From: a virus
Lineage: Duplodnaviria > Caudoviricetes
DNA: 64,000 nt
IMG/VR virus record: IMGVR_UViG_3300037991_005043
Location: 1-64,000 of that record
Direction: 5' to 3' (one strand)
Translations under genes and position numbers: made by a program
Shown: positions 1-9,390 of the stretch, in pieces
Layout of the letters: each line of letters begins with the position of its first letter
Position numbering within the stretch: the first letter of the stretch is position 1
Notes under the pieces: generated by a model
Seen by the model: only the letters and a program-made list of their open reading frames with translations
What the model was told of the DNA's origin: nothing
Database searches by the model: none

Positions 1-1
1 A

Positions 2-697
2 GATATTTTGAAAAGAATTGAAGTCCTACCAGAAAATAAAGTAGAGGATATGGCTGAAAAGCAGGGATTAAAGTGGGAATCTTCTAAAGAAAAGGGCTAT
101 CCTGTTTCTAATCTAACAATGGTTGTAGATATAGATGATGAGGATGATTCACTTAAAGGATATACTTCTTTCAAAGATATGGGTAAATTTTACTTTGTAG
201 GAAATAGTTATTCTTATCAAAAGGGTTCATTTGGTAAAGTTCTCGCTCATAGAAATAATAAGGTAGTTCCTAAAAATATACCTAAAATTACTCTACTTAA
301 TCCGATAGAAGGTTCAACTAGAGAGGGTTTAATGAGAATGGTTGCTAGAGGTGGAGGAATAGAAGTAAAGGATTATTCTATGGTAGATGATATAATGTCT
401 GAAAAGGAATATGAAAGACTTATTGCTAATCCTAATATCACTATGGCTAGATATCCTCCACTTAAATTAATGAAGTGGGAAGAAACTCTAAAGGCATCTA
501 AGAAAAAGGCTAGAAGAAAGAAGAAAAAATCTAATGTAAATGCTGCGGGTAACTATACTAAACCTGCATTGAGAAGAAGATTATTCTATAGAATAAAAGC
601 AAGTAATAAAGGTGGTAGAGCAGGTCAATGGTCTGCTAGGAAAGCACAAAGGTTGGCTCTAGCATATGAGAAAGCAGGTGGGGGGTATCGTAATTAA
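2..697 (+). CDS. 5'-truncated basic protein; C-terminal half of the GQWSARKAQ (DUF5872-like) family domain
   Basis: Frame is open from the window edge (D-I-L-K-R-I-E-V). C-terminus GNYTKPALR...GGRAGQWSARKAQRLALAYEKAGGGY. Internal MKWEETLK at 470-493. Confidence 0.75.
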   Translation, partial: DILKRIEVLPENKVEDMAEKQGLKWESSKEKGYPVSNLTMVVDIDDEDDSLKGYTSFKDMGKFYFVGNSYSYQKGSFGKVLAHRNNKVVPKNIPKITLLNPIEGSTREGLMRMVARGGGIEVKDYSMVDDIMSEKEYERLIANPNITMARYPPLKLMKWEETLKASKKKARRKKKKSNVNAAGNYTKPALRRRLFYRIKASNKGGRAGQWSARKAQRLALAYEKAGGGYRN

Positions 698-962
698 TTG
701 GAAAGATATTCTCAAGGCTAAGGCTAAATCACAAAAAGATTTAGAAGAATGGACTGATGAAGAATGGGGTAGTCAAGAACAACATAGAGCCGAAGAAAAA
801 GGTGAGGAAGCACCTTCAAAAACAAAAGGAAGATATATGCCGAAAGAAACATATCAAAAAACTCCTAAAGCAAGATTAGATTATCAAGATGATAAGAAAC
901 GAGAAGGAACTAAAAAAGGAAAACAACATGTTCCAACAGGAAAGAAGTTTAGTCAAAAGTGA
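693..962 (+). CDS. Small basic protein, WxxILK-tagged; second half of DUF5872-like domain; probable ATT start
   Basis: SQKDLEEWTDEEW...GRYMPK...KKREG.KKGKQHVP. The G-rich RBS (677-686) sits 6 nt before ATT-AAT-TGG (x-N-W-K-D-I-L-K). The track start at 666 lacks an RBS. Confidence 0.65.
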   Translation: MNWKDILKAKAKSQKDLEEWTDEEWGSQEQHRAEEKGEEAPSKTKGRYMPKETYQKTPKARLDYQDDKKREGTKKGKQHVPTGKKFSQK

Positions 963-967
963 TTACT

Positions 968-1351
968 ATGGTTTGGGAAGATATTCTAAAAAATGAAAAG
1001 CGTAGAAAGAATATAAGGGAAAAGCGTAGAAAGGCTTTTGCACAAAGGCAAGGCTATCCAAATATATCTGATTGGAGGCAAGCGGCTGTTAAAGAGGCGT
1101 TTCTCCGTAACAAAGAAAAAAATAAGGGTAGATATATGCCTGAACCTCCTACTAGACCTACAATCTCAAAACCAAAAAAAGAACCTAAGCCTAAGAGAGA
1201 GATACCTAAAAGAAATTTAATTCAGAATTATTTTGAGATGTATCAAAATAAGGGGAAGGGAAAACCAACAATGGATGACATTGTAAGAGAAGAAGGAAGA
1301 CCTCTAACTGTAGATGAAATAAAAGAATATAATAAGTTAATGAGAGGCTGA
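968..1351 (+). CDS. Lys/Arg-rich hypothetical protein, WxxILK-tagged
   Basis: MVWEDILK start; EKRRK repeated (15-bp direct repeat at 995-1009 and 1019-1033). Confidence 0.7.
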   Translation: MVWEDILKNEKRRKNIREKRRKAFAQRQGYPNISDWRQAAVKEAFLRNKEKNKGRYMPEPPTRPTISKPKKEPKPKREIPKRNLIQNYFEMYQNKGKGKPTMDDIVREEGRPLTVDEIKEYNKLMRG

Positions 1352-1355
1352 TAAC

Positions 1356-1853
1356 ATGACATGGTATTCTATCCTTAAGGCTGATAAAGCACTTGTGGGT
1401 AGAAGAAAGGCTAAGAATCCTAATTTATTTTTACAAAGAAAAGGAACTAAGCAGAATCTAGGCAGACCTATGAAAGAAGAACCAGAAAAATTATCTTATA
1501 TTGCTATTGAAGTTCCAAAAGAAGAATTTACTAGATACTATAATTTCTTGGCTGAGTTTTATGGTAATCGTGGTTGGGAGCAGTATTCTATGGGTACTGC
1601 TCAACAGGGAATAAGAAATGATGTAGTAGAAAGAGTTCTAAGGGATTTTGAGAGAGGTAAATTAAAGGATTCTAAAAGAAAATATTCTGATGAGTTAGAT
1701 GATGCTGCTAAAAAAGCAATGGAAGTATTAATCAAAAAACTAAAAACAACTGGTGAACTATTACAAGTTGGTTCTCGTACTCATATTAGAGAAGGAAGAG
1801 ATATGGTTAGGTATGCGAAGAAGTTAGAAAGAAGTTATGATATAGGTAGATAA
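1356..1853 (+). CDS. Hypothetical protein, WxxILK-tagged
   Basis: MTWYSILK start; tightly packed in operon. Confidence 0.75.
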   Translation: MTWYSILKADKALVGRRKAKNPNLFLQRKGTKQNLGRPMKEEPEKLSYIAIEVPKEEFTRYYNFLAEFYGNRGWEQYSMGTAQQGIRNDVVERVLRDFERGKLKDSKRKYSDELDDAAKKAMEVLIKKLKTTGELLQVGSRTHIREGRDMVRYAKKLERSYDIGR

Positions 1854-1854
1854 T

Positions 1855-2361
1855 ATGTGGCAAGAAATCCTAAAGAAAGATATGTCCTACTGCGTTTGTA
1901 GTGGACCAAATAAAACTAAGGGTTTTACTTGTAAAGCACATTGTCGCAGTAAAGAAATAAAAAAAGTTAATTCAAAACTACAAGATATTATTCATAAGAA
2001 ATCAAAAGCCCGTAGAAAGGCTGGCTCTAAGGCATATAAGAAAAAGAATCCAAAAAAAGGCACAGGTAAAAAACCAAAGGGTTCAGCAAGGAGATTATAC
2101 ACAGATGAAAACCCAAAAGATACTGTTCCTGTTGAGTTCAGAACTGCTCAAGATGTAAGAGAAACTTTCTCAAGTTCTGCATTTAAGAGAAAACCTCACA
2201 AGAGGCAATCTCAAATAATTAATCTTGTTGAGCAAAGAGCAAGGGTAGCCGCAAGAGAGGCTAAAGACCCCAAAACAAAAAAGAGATTAAAGAGAGCGCA
2301 TTCAGTAGCAGACCAAAGAAAAAAAGCAAGTAAAAGAAAAACAGAGAGGATGAGAGCATGA
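1855..2361 (+). CDS. Basic hypothetical protein (LYTDENPKDTV family seen in marine viruses), WxxILK-tagged
   Basis: MWQEILK start; RRLYTDENPKDTV...EQRARV block recalled from marine phage hypotheticals. Confidence 0.7.
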   Translation: MWQEILKKDMSYCVCSGPNKTKGFTCKAHCRSKEIKKVNSKLQDIIHKKSKARRKAGSKAYKKKNPKKGTGKKPKGSARRLYTDENPKDTVPVEFRTAQDVRETFSSSAFKRKPHKRQSQIINLVEQRARVAAREAKDPKTKKRLKRAHSVADQRKKASKRKTERMRA

Positions 2362-2630
2362 GTTGGGAAAATATAGTTAAAAGAAGTTATGAAGAATCAG
2401 TAAAATTACAAAGAGAGTTAGATAATAAAAAATACAAAGACCTTTCTAAGAAATTTTTAGAAGAAATTAAAGCAGAAGGTGGGGCTTTAGGAAAAAAGCA
2501 TCTAATTGATAAGTTCAATATGAATATCAGTAATGTAGAAATAATTCTAACTAGGATGATTATGGAAGGATTAATATTCCGACATAAACATGGTGATTTA
2601 TATACACACGACCCTGCTAAAAAAAGGTGA
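2358..2630 (+). CDS. Small protein, possible winged-helix DNA binder, WxxIVK-tagged
   Basis: MSWENIVK start; helix-helix-helix then EGLIFRHKHGDLY wing-like pattern; ATGA overlap. Confidence 0.6.
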   Translation: MSWENIVKRSYEESVKLQRELDNKKYKDLSKKFLEEIKAEGGALGKKHLIDKFNMNISNVEIILTRMIMEGLIFRHKHGDLYTHDPAKKR

Positions 2631-2634
2631 TTAA

Positions 2635-3051
2635 ATGGATGACTGGAAAATAATTTTGAAAGAATTATCTTGTCCTAGAGCGACTAAGGATTTGAAATTT
2701 AATACTAAGAATAGGAATATGGCTATCAAAGATGAGGATATTAAATATGGTCCACTTAATTTAGAAGATGATAAGTATTGGGTTGATTTAGCAGACCATT
2801 GGAATACTACTCCCGATGTTGCTAAAAAATCAAAGTGCTCTAACTGTATGGCTTTTGATATTAGTCCTAGAATGAAAGAATGTATGCCTATTGAAGATGT
2901 AAAAGGTGGACTAGGTTATTGTTGGATGCACGATTTCAAATGTCATGAAGATAGAACTTGCTATACATGGGCTAAGGGTGGAGCAATTACATCTGATAAG
3001 AAGTCTAAGAAGAATCAAATGAAGAGAGAAGAAAAATCTAAGGAAGAATAA
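2635..3051 (+). CDS. Cys-rich hypothetical protein, WxxILK-tagged
   Basis: MDDWKIILK start; CP...YGPLN...CSNC..F...GYC..HDFKC...TC..W pattern. Confidence 0.75.
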   Translation: MDDWKIILKELSCPRATKDLKFNTKNRNMAIKDEDIKYGPLNLEDDKYWVDLADHWNTTPDVAKKSKCSNCMAFDISPRMKECMPIEDVKGGLGYCWMHDFKCHEDRTCYTWAKGGAITSDKKSKKNQMKREEKSKEE

Positions 3052-3053
3052 TT

Positions 3054-3569
3054 ATGAATTATTGGCGAGATATACTTAGAAAATACTCTAAGAAACAAAA
3101 GAAAATTATGGCTTTGACTCCTCCCGAAGATGAGTTTAATCCTGAAGATTTTGAAGAACTTAGAGAAGGTGATGTTGAGTTAATGAAAACAGAAATACAC
3201 TACACTATTTCTGAAGATGTAATTATGAAATCATGTTGTGATGACTGTATTCCTCACGACCAATTAATTAAGGCAGAAGTTAAGAGAACTAAGAAAGGAA
3301 AAATTGTATATCGAGGAGAAATATTCCCTGCTTTCAATAAGCCAAAAAGAGCACCTAAAGGTAGCCCTAAGAAATATAGAGTTCTTGCTAGAGTCTATGA
3401 AAAGGGTAAGTCTGTAATCAGAATAGTCAATTTTGGTTTTAGAGGTATGAAAGACTTCCTACAACATAAAGACCCTAAGAGAAGAAGAAACTTCAAGTCA
3501 AGAATGAATTGTAAAGATAAAAAGAATAAACTAACCGCAGGTTGGTGGGCTTGTAACTTCAATTGGTAA
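3054..3569 (+). CDS. Basic protein with DUF5754-like C-terminal domain, WxxIL(R)K-tagged
   Basis: MNYWRDILRK start; KKY.V...VNFG..GM.DF..HKD.KRR.NF..R..C...AGWW.C...W as in phage/NCLDV small basic proteins (family name from memory). Confidence 0.7.
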   Translation: MNYWRDILRKYSKKQKKIMALTPPEDEFNPEDFEELREGDVELMKTEIHYTISEDVIMKSCCDDCIPHDQLIKAEVKRTKKGKIVYRGEIFPAFNKPKRAPKGSPKKYRVLARVYEKGKSVIRIVNFGFRGMKDFLQHKDPKRRRNFKSRMNCKDKKNKLTAGWWACNFNW

Positions 3570-3620
3570 GAGAAGGTTCAATAATCAAAACTAATTACGG
3601 AACAAATAGGGGGTCTTGAT

Positions 3621-5273
3621 TTGGCGGAAGGAAGGAGAAGATTTTCAGTTGGAAATCTCTTTAGAAGAAGCACACCAAAACCTAACGATAGACAAATCTA
3701 TGCTATGGGAATACAGGAGCGTCAAAATAATTACATGATGACCGCCCCTATCATTTACTCAATAGTTCAACAGTCTGTAATTACAAGAACATGTATTACT
3801 CAACTCAAGCAGGAGATATTTAGAAGAGGCTACATTTGGGAGAAAGCCTATGAAGCAAGGTGTAATAATTGTGGAAAAGAACATCAAAGACCTGTATCTG
3901 TTTGCTCTAGATGTGGTTCGGAGGACTTGAAAAAACCTGACCCAAAACAACTACAGTTCGCTGAAAGGTTCTTAGAGCAGTATGTCAATAAGTCCGAGCA
4001 GTTGTTCATAGATGTTCTCAAGGAACTTGAGGATGATTTGAACATCATGGATGATGCTTACATTGTATTAGTTAAAGAATACTTCTTAGATGGAAATGGT
4101 TCTATTCGTATGCATAGAATAAAAGAATTGTATAGGGGCGACCCTGTTTCAATGTTTATCTATGCTGATGAAGATGGAACTAGAGGAACTAGAGGCTTTA
4201 CCTGTATTAATCATAGAAATCATCTAGTCAAAGAACCTCACATGAAATGTGAAGATTGTGGTTCTAATATGTTCCCTGTTCATTATGTAAATAGAGCACA
4301 TGGGGAGGACCAGTATTTTATTGAGGGAGAAGTATTGCACTTTAGTAAATATAATCCTACTAGATTGTATGGTGTTTCGCCTATATTGACTCTTTACAAT
4401 TATATTATGACTTTAATCGCTATGGAGAGTTACATTCAATCATCCTATACTAAGAGTAGAATGCCTAGAGGTTTGCTAACTGTTCAAACTAGAAATCTAG
4501 ATAGCATGAGAAGTTTTTGGAGAGCAACTAAAGAAAAGTTAGAGCAAGACCCACACTTTATTCCTATCATGGGTGTAGAAAGTGAAAGTGGTAAAGGTTC
4601 TGTAGAATGGATTAAGTTTATGGATAGTCTAAAGGAAATGGATTATGTTTCTGTTAAAGATGACTTAAGAGATAGAATATCTGCTTTCTATGGAGTAAGT
4701 AAAGTGTTTATGGCTGATAATACTACAAGTGGCGGATTAAATAATGAGGGTATGCAAATTCTTGTTACTAATAGAGCAGTTGAATCAGCGCAAAAAGTGT
4801 ATAACAACTATGTTTTCCCATTCTTAACAAAACAATTCGGTATAACAGACTGGAACTTAAAACTTCCACCTAGCGAAGAGGAAGATGAAATTGCAGGATT
4901 AAGAAAGAGAGAGATAGAAGTAAATATCGCTGCATCTATAAAGAATCTAGGATTTGAAGTAGATATGGATGAAGATGGTAATTTTACATATGAAAAACCT
5001 GAACCTCAAGAGCCTGAACCCACAACAGAAGAAAAGGGTATGGATATGGATATTGGAATGGAAACTCCTCTAGAAGAACCGATGACTCAAGAGCCTATAC
5101 AAGAAACATCTATGGAGCAAGATATAGAACAAGAACCTACTCCTCAAGAAAATCCTCCCGCCACAAGAAATAAAAGGAGAATGAGCGTAGGACCAGATAA
5201 GAGATTCACAGGATTACCCGAAGATGCAGGAAATCAAAATGTAGATACAAGAAGTGAGAGGAGAATACCATGA
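3621..5273 (+). CDS. Portal protein with two Zn-ribbon-like insertions
   Basis: HK97-type portal motifs (DDLNIMDDAY, EVLHF...LYGVSPI, RDRISAFYGV); CNNC/CSRC and CINH/CEDC; acidic Pro-rich C-tail; TTG start after GGGGG. Confidence 0.9.
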   Translation: MAEGRRRFSVGNLFRRSTPKPNDRQIYAMGIQERQNNYMMTAPIIYSIVQQSVITRTCITQLKQEIFRRGYIWEKAYEARCNNCGKEHQRPVSVCSRCGSEDLKKPDPKQLQFAERFLEQYVNKSEQLFIDVLKELEDDLNIMDDAYIVLVKEYFLDGNGSIRMHRIKELYRGDPVSMFIYADEDGTRGTRGFTCINHRNHLVKEPHMKCEDCGSNMFPVHYVNRAHGEDQYFIEGEVLHFSKYNPTRLYGVSPILTLYNYIMTLIAMESYIQSSYTKSRMPRGLLTVQTRNLDSMRSFWRATKEKLEQDPHFIPIMGVESESGKGSVEWIKFMDSLKEMDYVSVKDDLRDRISAFYGVSKVFMADNTTSGGLNNEGMQILVTNRAVESAQKVYNNYVFPFLTKQFGITDWNLKLPPSEEEDEIAGLRKREIEVNIAASIKNLGFEVDMDEDGNFTYEKPEPQEPEPTTEEKGMDMDIGMETPLEEPMTQEPIQETSMEQDIEQEPTPQENPPATRNKRRMSVGPDKRFTGLPEDAGNQNVDTRSERRIP

Positions 5274-5497
5274 CAGAAGATAGTAAGCAAAAAGAAATAA
5301 GATTGAGAAAGGAATTAGCACAACTTAGAAAGATTAATGCTAATGAGTCTAGGGTAATTGCTAAAAATAGGGATTTTACTTCTGGTAACACTCATGCAGA
5401 TACTTCTCATAAGCCTATTCCAACAACAAGAGATATTCCCGATGTTGTTTCTCTACCTGCTAATAAAAGAGGAAAGAAAGAAAATATTCCTTTTTGA
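5270..5497 (+). CDS. Hypothetical protein
   Basis: ATGA overlap with portal stop; 75 aa. Confidence 0.7.
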   Translation: MTEDSKQKEIRLRKELAQLRKINANESRVIAKNRDFTSGNTHADTSHKPIPTTRDIPDVVSLPANKRGKKENIPF

Positions 5498-5509
5498 GTA
5501 GGTGATTGA

Positions 5510-8494
5510 ATGCAATCTTGGGATTCTATTCTTAAAAAAGAAGAATTGCGACAAGAAGAACAAGATAAGTTAGAAGTTATCTCCGATGTTTTAACTGAAA
5601 AGTATGATAAGTTAATTTCTTTTGATGAAGAAATTCAAGACTTGAAGGATGCTGAGAGAGAAATTGCTGATAAAATAAAGAGTCAATCGGATAAGAAGTC
5701 TAGTGTATATAGATTACAAACTGAAATTTCTGATTTAACTGCTGACTTAAAAGATGCTAAGGAAACTATTAGAGAATATGATTCTAAGGTAAAAGAAAGT
5801 AAAAATAAATATAATGAAACAAAAGATATTAATCCTTCAAGAGCAAAAACAATTCTTGACGATGAAATGAAAACTATCAATGCAAATAAAAAAGATGCTG
5901 ATAAGATAGTTTTAGAAACCCCAAAAAATATAGAGAAGTTGAAAGAAGAACTTAAGAAAACTGGTGGTGTTGGGAAGAGATTAAATGCAAAAAAGAACAA
6001 ATTACTTGAGCAGATTAAGGAGAAAAAGCAAGAAAGATTGGACTATCTACAAGACAATCCTCAACAAGAAATATTCAGACAGTATAGAAAATTAGGATTA
6101 GCGGGATTGAAAAAAGAAATAAACAGAATTAACACTATTTTACAACGCTCACTTATTCTTGAAGATGACTATGAAGAAGAGAAGGAAATTGAAGAAGAAG
6201 TGGAAGAAATAGAAGAAGTCAATGAATATCATAAAGAATTATTACTTGAACTAACTACTCTTTACAATACAATATCAATTACTCTTTTACAAGAATATGT
6301 AAAAGGAACGCTTATCGCTAAGAAAGATGAAGATACTGGGGGAGTCTATAGAAATTCTGCTGGTAGATTAGAGATTGCAGATTATGAAAGTTTGATTGAT
6401 ATTCCTAAATCAACTCTAGTTGCTATTACAAATGCTCTATCTATTAGAGGAAATAATCAAAATAAACTAACTTCTCTAATTAATCTAAATAAATTCGATA
6501 GGGGATTAATGGATAATTTTGACAATAAGAATAATCTAGTTATTGATATTCCTGCTGGTGAAGCAGAAGAAATCATAGGAGATTTTCCTAAGTTAAAGTT
6601 TGAAGAAGATTCAGACAATGATAAAGTTATCATTCTAGATTTAAATGAATATTTAGAACCGCTAAAAGAAATAGATTCTACCGACATTCCTGTTGATGAT
6701 GACAATGTTCCAGTTCAAGAAATATTAGCGCAATACCTGTATATTGTTTCTGGTGGTAAATTAAATATCAATAAGAAGAGAGAAGATATTGATTATAGAG
6801 ATAATATGAAAGGGCTTTTAGAAAGTTTTACTGCTAGTCAAAAATCAATTACTAATGTAAATCTTAAGAAATTATTAGAAACTGCTTTCAAAGTCGAAAA
6901 GGATTCTACAAGGCTTAGTAATTCATTCAAGCAGGAAACTAGAGAACTACAAGAACTATTAGAATCAGAGAAAAACATTGAATTCTTTCAAGGCGATAAA
7001 TTTAGAAAATACGCACAGGTATTATTAGAAGAACTTAGTGAAGGGCTAAGAGATTACATGAACATAGAAAGTTCTACTAAAATTACTCAAGCGATTAATG
7101 CTTTTTTCAGAGTTGTTAAATTTAACTTTAATGTTGAGAATGAAAAAATATTAGATGAAGTTGATAAATTAAATACTGAATTTATCAAAAACAATAAGCA
7201 ATTAAAAGGTAATTTTAAGGGAGATAGAGATAAAATTGCTAGGCTCGCTAATGAAGTTAGTTCTTATCAAACTAAATTTATTAAAATTTTTAGAGCAGAG
7301 GAATTCAATGAATCAAATAAAATACTTGACAGAATTAAATTAGACCTTAAAGAACTTAAAAATAATAAAAATATGTTTGTATCAAGTGAATTCCCTACAT
7401 TATATGAAAGAATAAAAGAGTGGAGGAGAACCACTTTGTCTGCTATGAAAGAAATAGGTAGCAAGATGAAAAAAGATGGGGAAAATTATATTTACACAAA
7501 AGAGGATGAGGAATATGTTTTAACCCCTGAGATGATTAGCGAGGCAATGAAGAACTTAGGTGCAGTAAAATTCCCTAGTGAACTATTTGATAAGAAACAA
7601 AAAATGAATGCTAAAATACTAGAAACTAGAATAAAAATTAAACAAAAATTTAGACAAGAAATAATGAAAAATGTTGATTTTATTATTAAAGACATAGTTG
7701 ATAGCCTTAAAGAAACTGGTGAATCTAAAGAAGAATCATATTGGGATTTGATAACTAATGAGTTAGATGAAATATTAGTCGCTAGAGTTAGTGGAAAGGC
7801 AGTTCAAAATATTGGTCTTTATGGAACTGAAAGAGAGGGAGATAAGCAAACAGGTGGAATTCTAACTAATCTTCTAAAAGACCTCGTTGATGAAAATAAG
7901 AAGTTTAAGAGAGAACACCTTAACATAACACAAGAAACTAGAACTCAAGAAAAAGATGGTAAAACTATTACTGGTATTTACGATACTAAGAGTGCAGAAG
8001 ATGTGGCTAATGAAATGACAATTAGACCTGAGCAGTTCAAGAAAGGAGTAGAAATGTTTGCTCAAAGAGTAAAACTAATGACAGACTTTTATGCTAACTC
8101 TAGTGAAGTTATGACTACTACTACTTTAATTAGGCAAGAGTTAGAAGAAAGAAAAAATAGAATCTCTAGACAAATCAAACAAATAGAATCAGAAAAGGAT
8201 GATTCTTTAGAAGCAATGAAGGGTAGATTTGAAGAAAAATTAAAACTTTTAGAAAATATAGATGCAGACAAAGTTCTCTCCGATAGAGCATTAAAAGTAG
8301 AAGGAGAAGATGTTGTCAATAACTTTGCTCTTTTAAATCAAATTTTAGATAACGAAAAAGGTAGTTCTCTTTCCAACGCTATGAATAAATTAGATAGGGA
8401 ATTAGGCAAGTTAGAGGAAATCTATAAAAAACTAGGCGATAGTGGAGATTTATCAATTAAAAATATTAAGAATGCGATGCCCGCATTAACATGA
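5510..8494 (+). CDS. Large helical/coiled-coil protein, WxxILK-tagged; candidate internal or ejected virion protein
   Basis: 994 aa; MQSWDSILK; GGTGA RBS; long E/K heptad regions; located in head module. Confidence 0.7.
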   Translation: MQSWDSILKKEELRQEEQDKLEVISDVLTEKYDKLISFDEEIQDLKDAEREIADKIKSQSDKKSSVYRLQTEISDLTADLKDAKETIREYDSKVKESKNKYNETKDINPSRAKTILDDEMKTINANKKDADKIVLETPKNIEKLKEELKKTGGVGKRLNAKKNKLLEQIKEKKQERLDYLQDNPQQEIFRQYRKLGLAGLKKEINRINTILQRSLILEDDYEEEKEIEEEVEEIEEVNEYHKELLLELTTLYNTISITLLQEYVKGTLIAKKDEDTGGVYRNSAGRLEIADYESLIDIPKSTLVAITNALSIRGNNQNKLTSLINLNKFDRGLMDNFDNKNNLVIDIPAGEAEEIIGDFPKLKFEEDSDNDKVIILDLNEYLEPLKEIDSTDIPVDDDNVPVQEILAQYLYIVSGGKLNINKKREDIDYRDNMKGLLESFTASQKSITNVNLKKLLETAFKVEKDSTRLSNSFKQETRELQELLESEKNIEFFQGDKFRKYAQVLLEELSEGLRDYMNIESSTKITQAINAFFRVVKFNFNVENEKILDEVDKLNTEFIKNNKQLKGNFKGDRDKIARLANEVSSYQTKFIKIFRAEEFNESNKILDRIKLDLKELKNNKNMFVSSEFPTLYERIKEWRRTTLSAMKEIGSKMKKDGENYIYTKEDEEYVLTPEMISEAMKNLGAVKFPSELFDKKQKMNAKILETRIKIKQKFRQEIMKNVDFIIKDIVDSLKETGESKEESYWDLITNELDEILVARVSGKAVQNIGLYGTEREGDKQTGGILTNLLKDLVDENKKFKREHLNITQETRTQEKDGKTITGIYDTKSAEDVANEMTIRPEQFKKGVEMFAQRVKLMTDFYANSSEVMTTTTLIRQELEERKNRISRQIKQIESEKDDSLEAMKGRFEEKLKLLENIDADKVLSDRALKVEGEDVVNNFALLNQILDNEKGSSLSNAMNKLDRELGKLEEIYKKLGDSGDLSIKNIKNAMPALT

Positions 8495-8504
8495 GGCGAT
8501 AACG

Positions 8505-8900
8505 ATGACATGGGATTATTATAACACAGGAGAAGAAATTACCTTCAAGAAAGAAGAAAAGAAAGAAGAGGTAGATATGGAAGATATACTATCTTCTTTA
8601 TCCGATAAAGAAAGAAAGAGAGTTAAAAAAACTATTCAGTCTGCTGAACCTACTGAATATTTTGGGCAGGATTTCACTAAGTTAGGAGAACTATTAGATA
8701 TGATGAAAGACTTAAAATTAATCAAATCTGATAAAAAACTCACAAAGAAAGTTAAGTCTATGGATGAGAGAAACATTGATATTGTTGCTACCGCTACGAA
8801 ACTGCGTAAGGAGTATGAGTTGTTGTATAGACAGATTGAAAAAATGCTCTATCCTAGAAGAAAAGTAGATGGTGAGGAAGATTACTATGAGCGAGATTAA
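8505..8900 (+). CDS. Hypothetical head-module protein
   Basis: GAGG RBS; 131 aa; contains LIKS/VKS motifs. Confidence 0.75.
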   Translation: MTWDYYNTGEEITFKKEEKKEEVDMEDILSSLSDKERKRVKKTIQSAEPTEYFGQDFTKLGELLDMMKDLKLIKSDKKLTKKVKSMDERNIDIVATATKLRKEYELLYRQIEKMLYPRRKVDGEEDYYERD

Positions 8901-9126
8901 TGAAGATTTATTGAGAATAGTTAAGGCTCTATCTGCTAAAGTAGAGGAGTTGGAAAAGGCAGTTTATCATAAAGATAATTTGCTAATGAAATCTGGATTT
9001 GTTGTAGCAAATTCACCTACTCCATCTATGAAAGTTAATCCAGCAGAAAGTGGAGGCGTTCCTGATGTTTCATCTATGGAATGGTCGGATATTCATAAGA
9101 TGGTAAAAACAATGGGAGGAGAATGA
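8887..9126 (+). CDS. Small scaffold-like protein sharing its C-terminal motif with the protease-scaffold
   Basis: N-terminal coiled coil; C-terminal DVSSMEWSDIHKMV nearly identical to DISSMSWSDIHKMV of 11946-13151. Confidence 0.75.
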   Translation: MSEINEDLLRIVKALSAKVEELEKAVYHKDNLLMKSGFVVANSPTPSMKVNPAESGGVPDVSSMEWSDIHKMVKTMGGE

Positions 9127-9127
9127 A

Positions 9128-9385
9128 ATGCCCGAAAAAGTAACTAAAGAAGAGAGAATGATTAGTTTAGCAATTGAAAAGGCTAGAGAAGTTAAGGCAA
9201 AATTACATCGTAATAACATTGAACCTACTCAAGTTAATACCCTAGAAGCCGAAGAACATTTAGGTGAAGAAGTCAAGAGAAAAGAACCTAATCGAGAAAA
9301 TATGGCTAATAAGATTAAAATCGAAACTGGTGAGGGAACTCATTCAGGGTATGGTAAAGCAGGCGACTCTTACGATTATAGTTAA
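9128..9385 (+). CDS. Hypothetical head-module protein
   Basis: GGAGG RBS; 85 aa. Confidence 0.7.
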   Translation: MPEKVTKEERMISLAIEKAREVKAKLHRNNIEPTQVNTLEAEEHLGEEVKRKEPNRENMANKIKIETGEGTHSGYGKAGDSYDYS

Positions 9386-9390
9386 TCGGG

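Noticed and set aside
120-320. GNAT acetyltransferase fold in the N-terminal part of ORF1
   Set aside because: The acetyl-CoA motif A is too degenerate to support the call.
680-685. Programmed +1 frameshift or sequencing error at G6 joining ORF1 and ORF2
   Set aside because: The conserved GGGY ending is in the ORF1 frame and the G-run works as the RBS for the tagged ORF2. Not excluded without reads.
2635-3051. HiPIP-like Fe-S protein
   Set aside because: The Cys spacing is loosely suggestive, but cofactor and fold cannot be established by eye.
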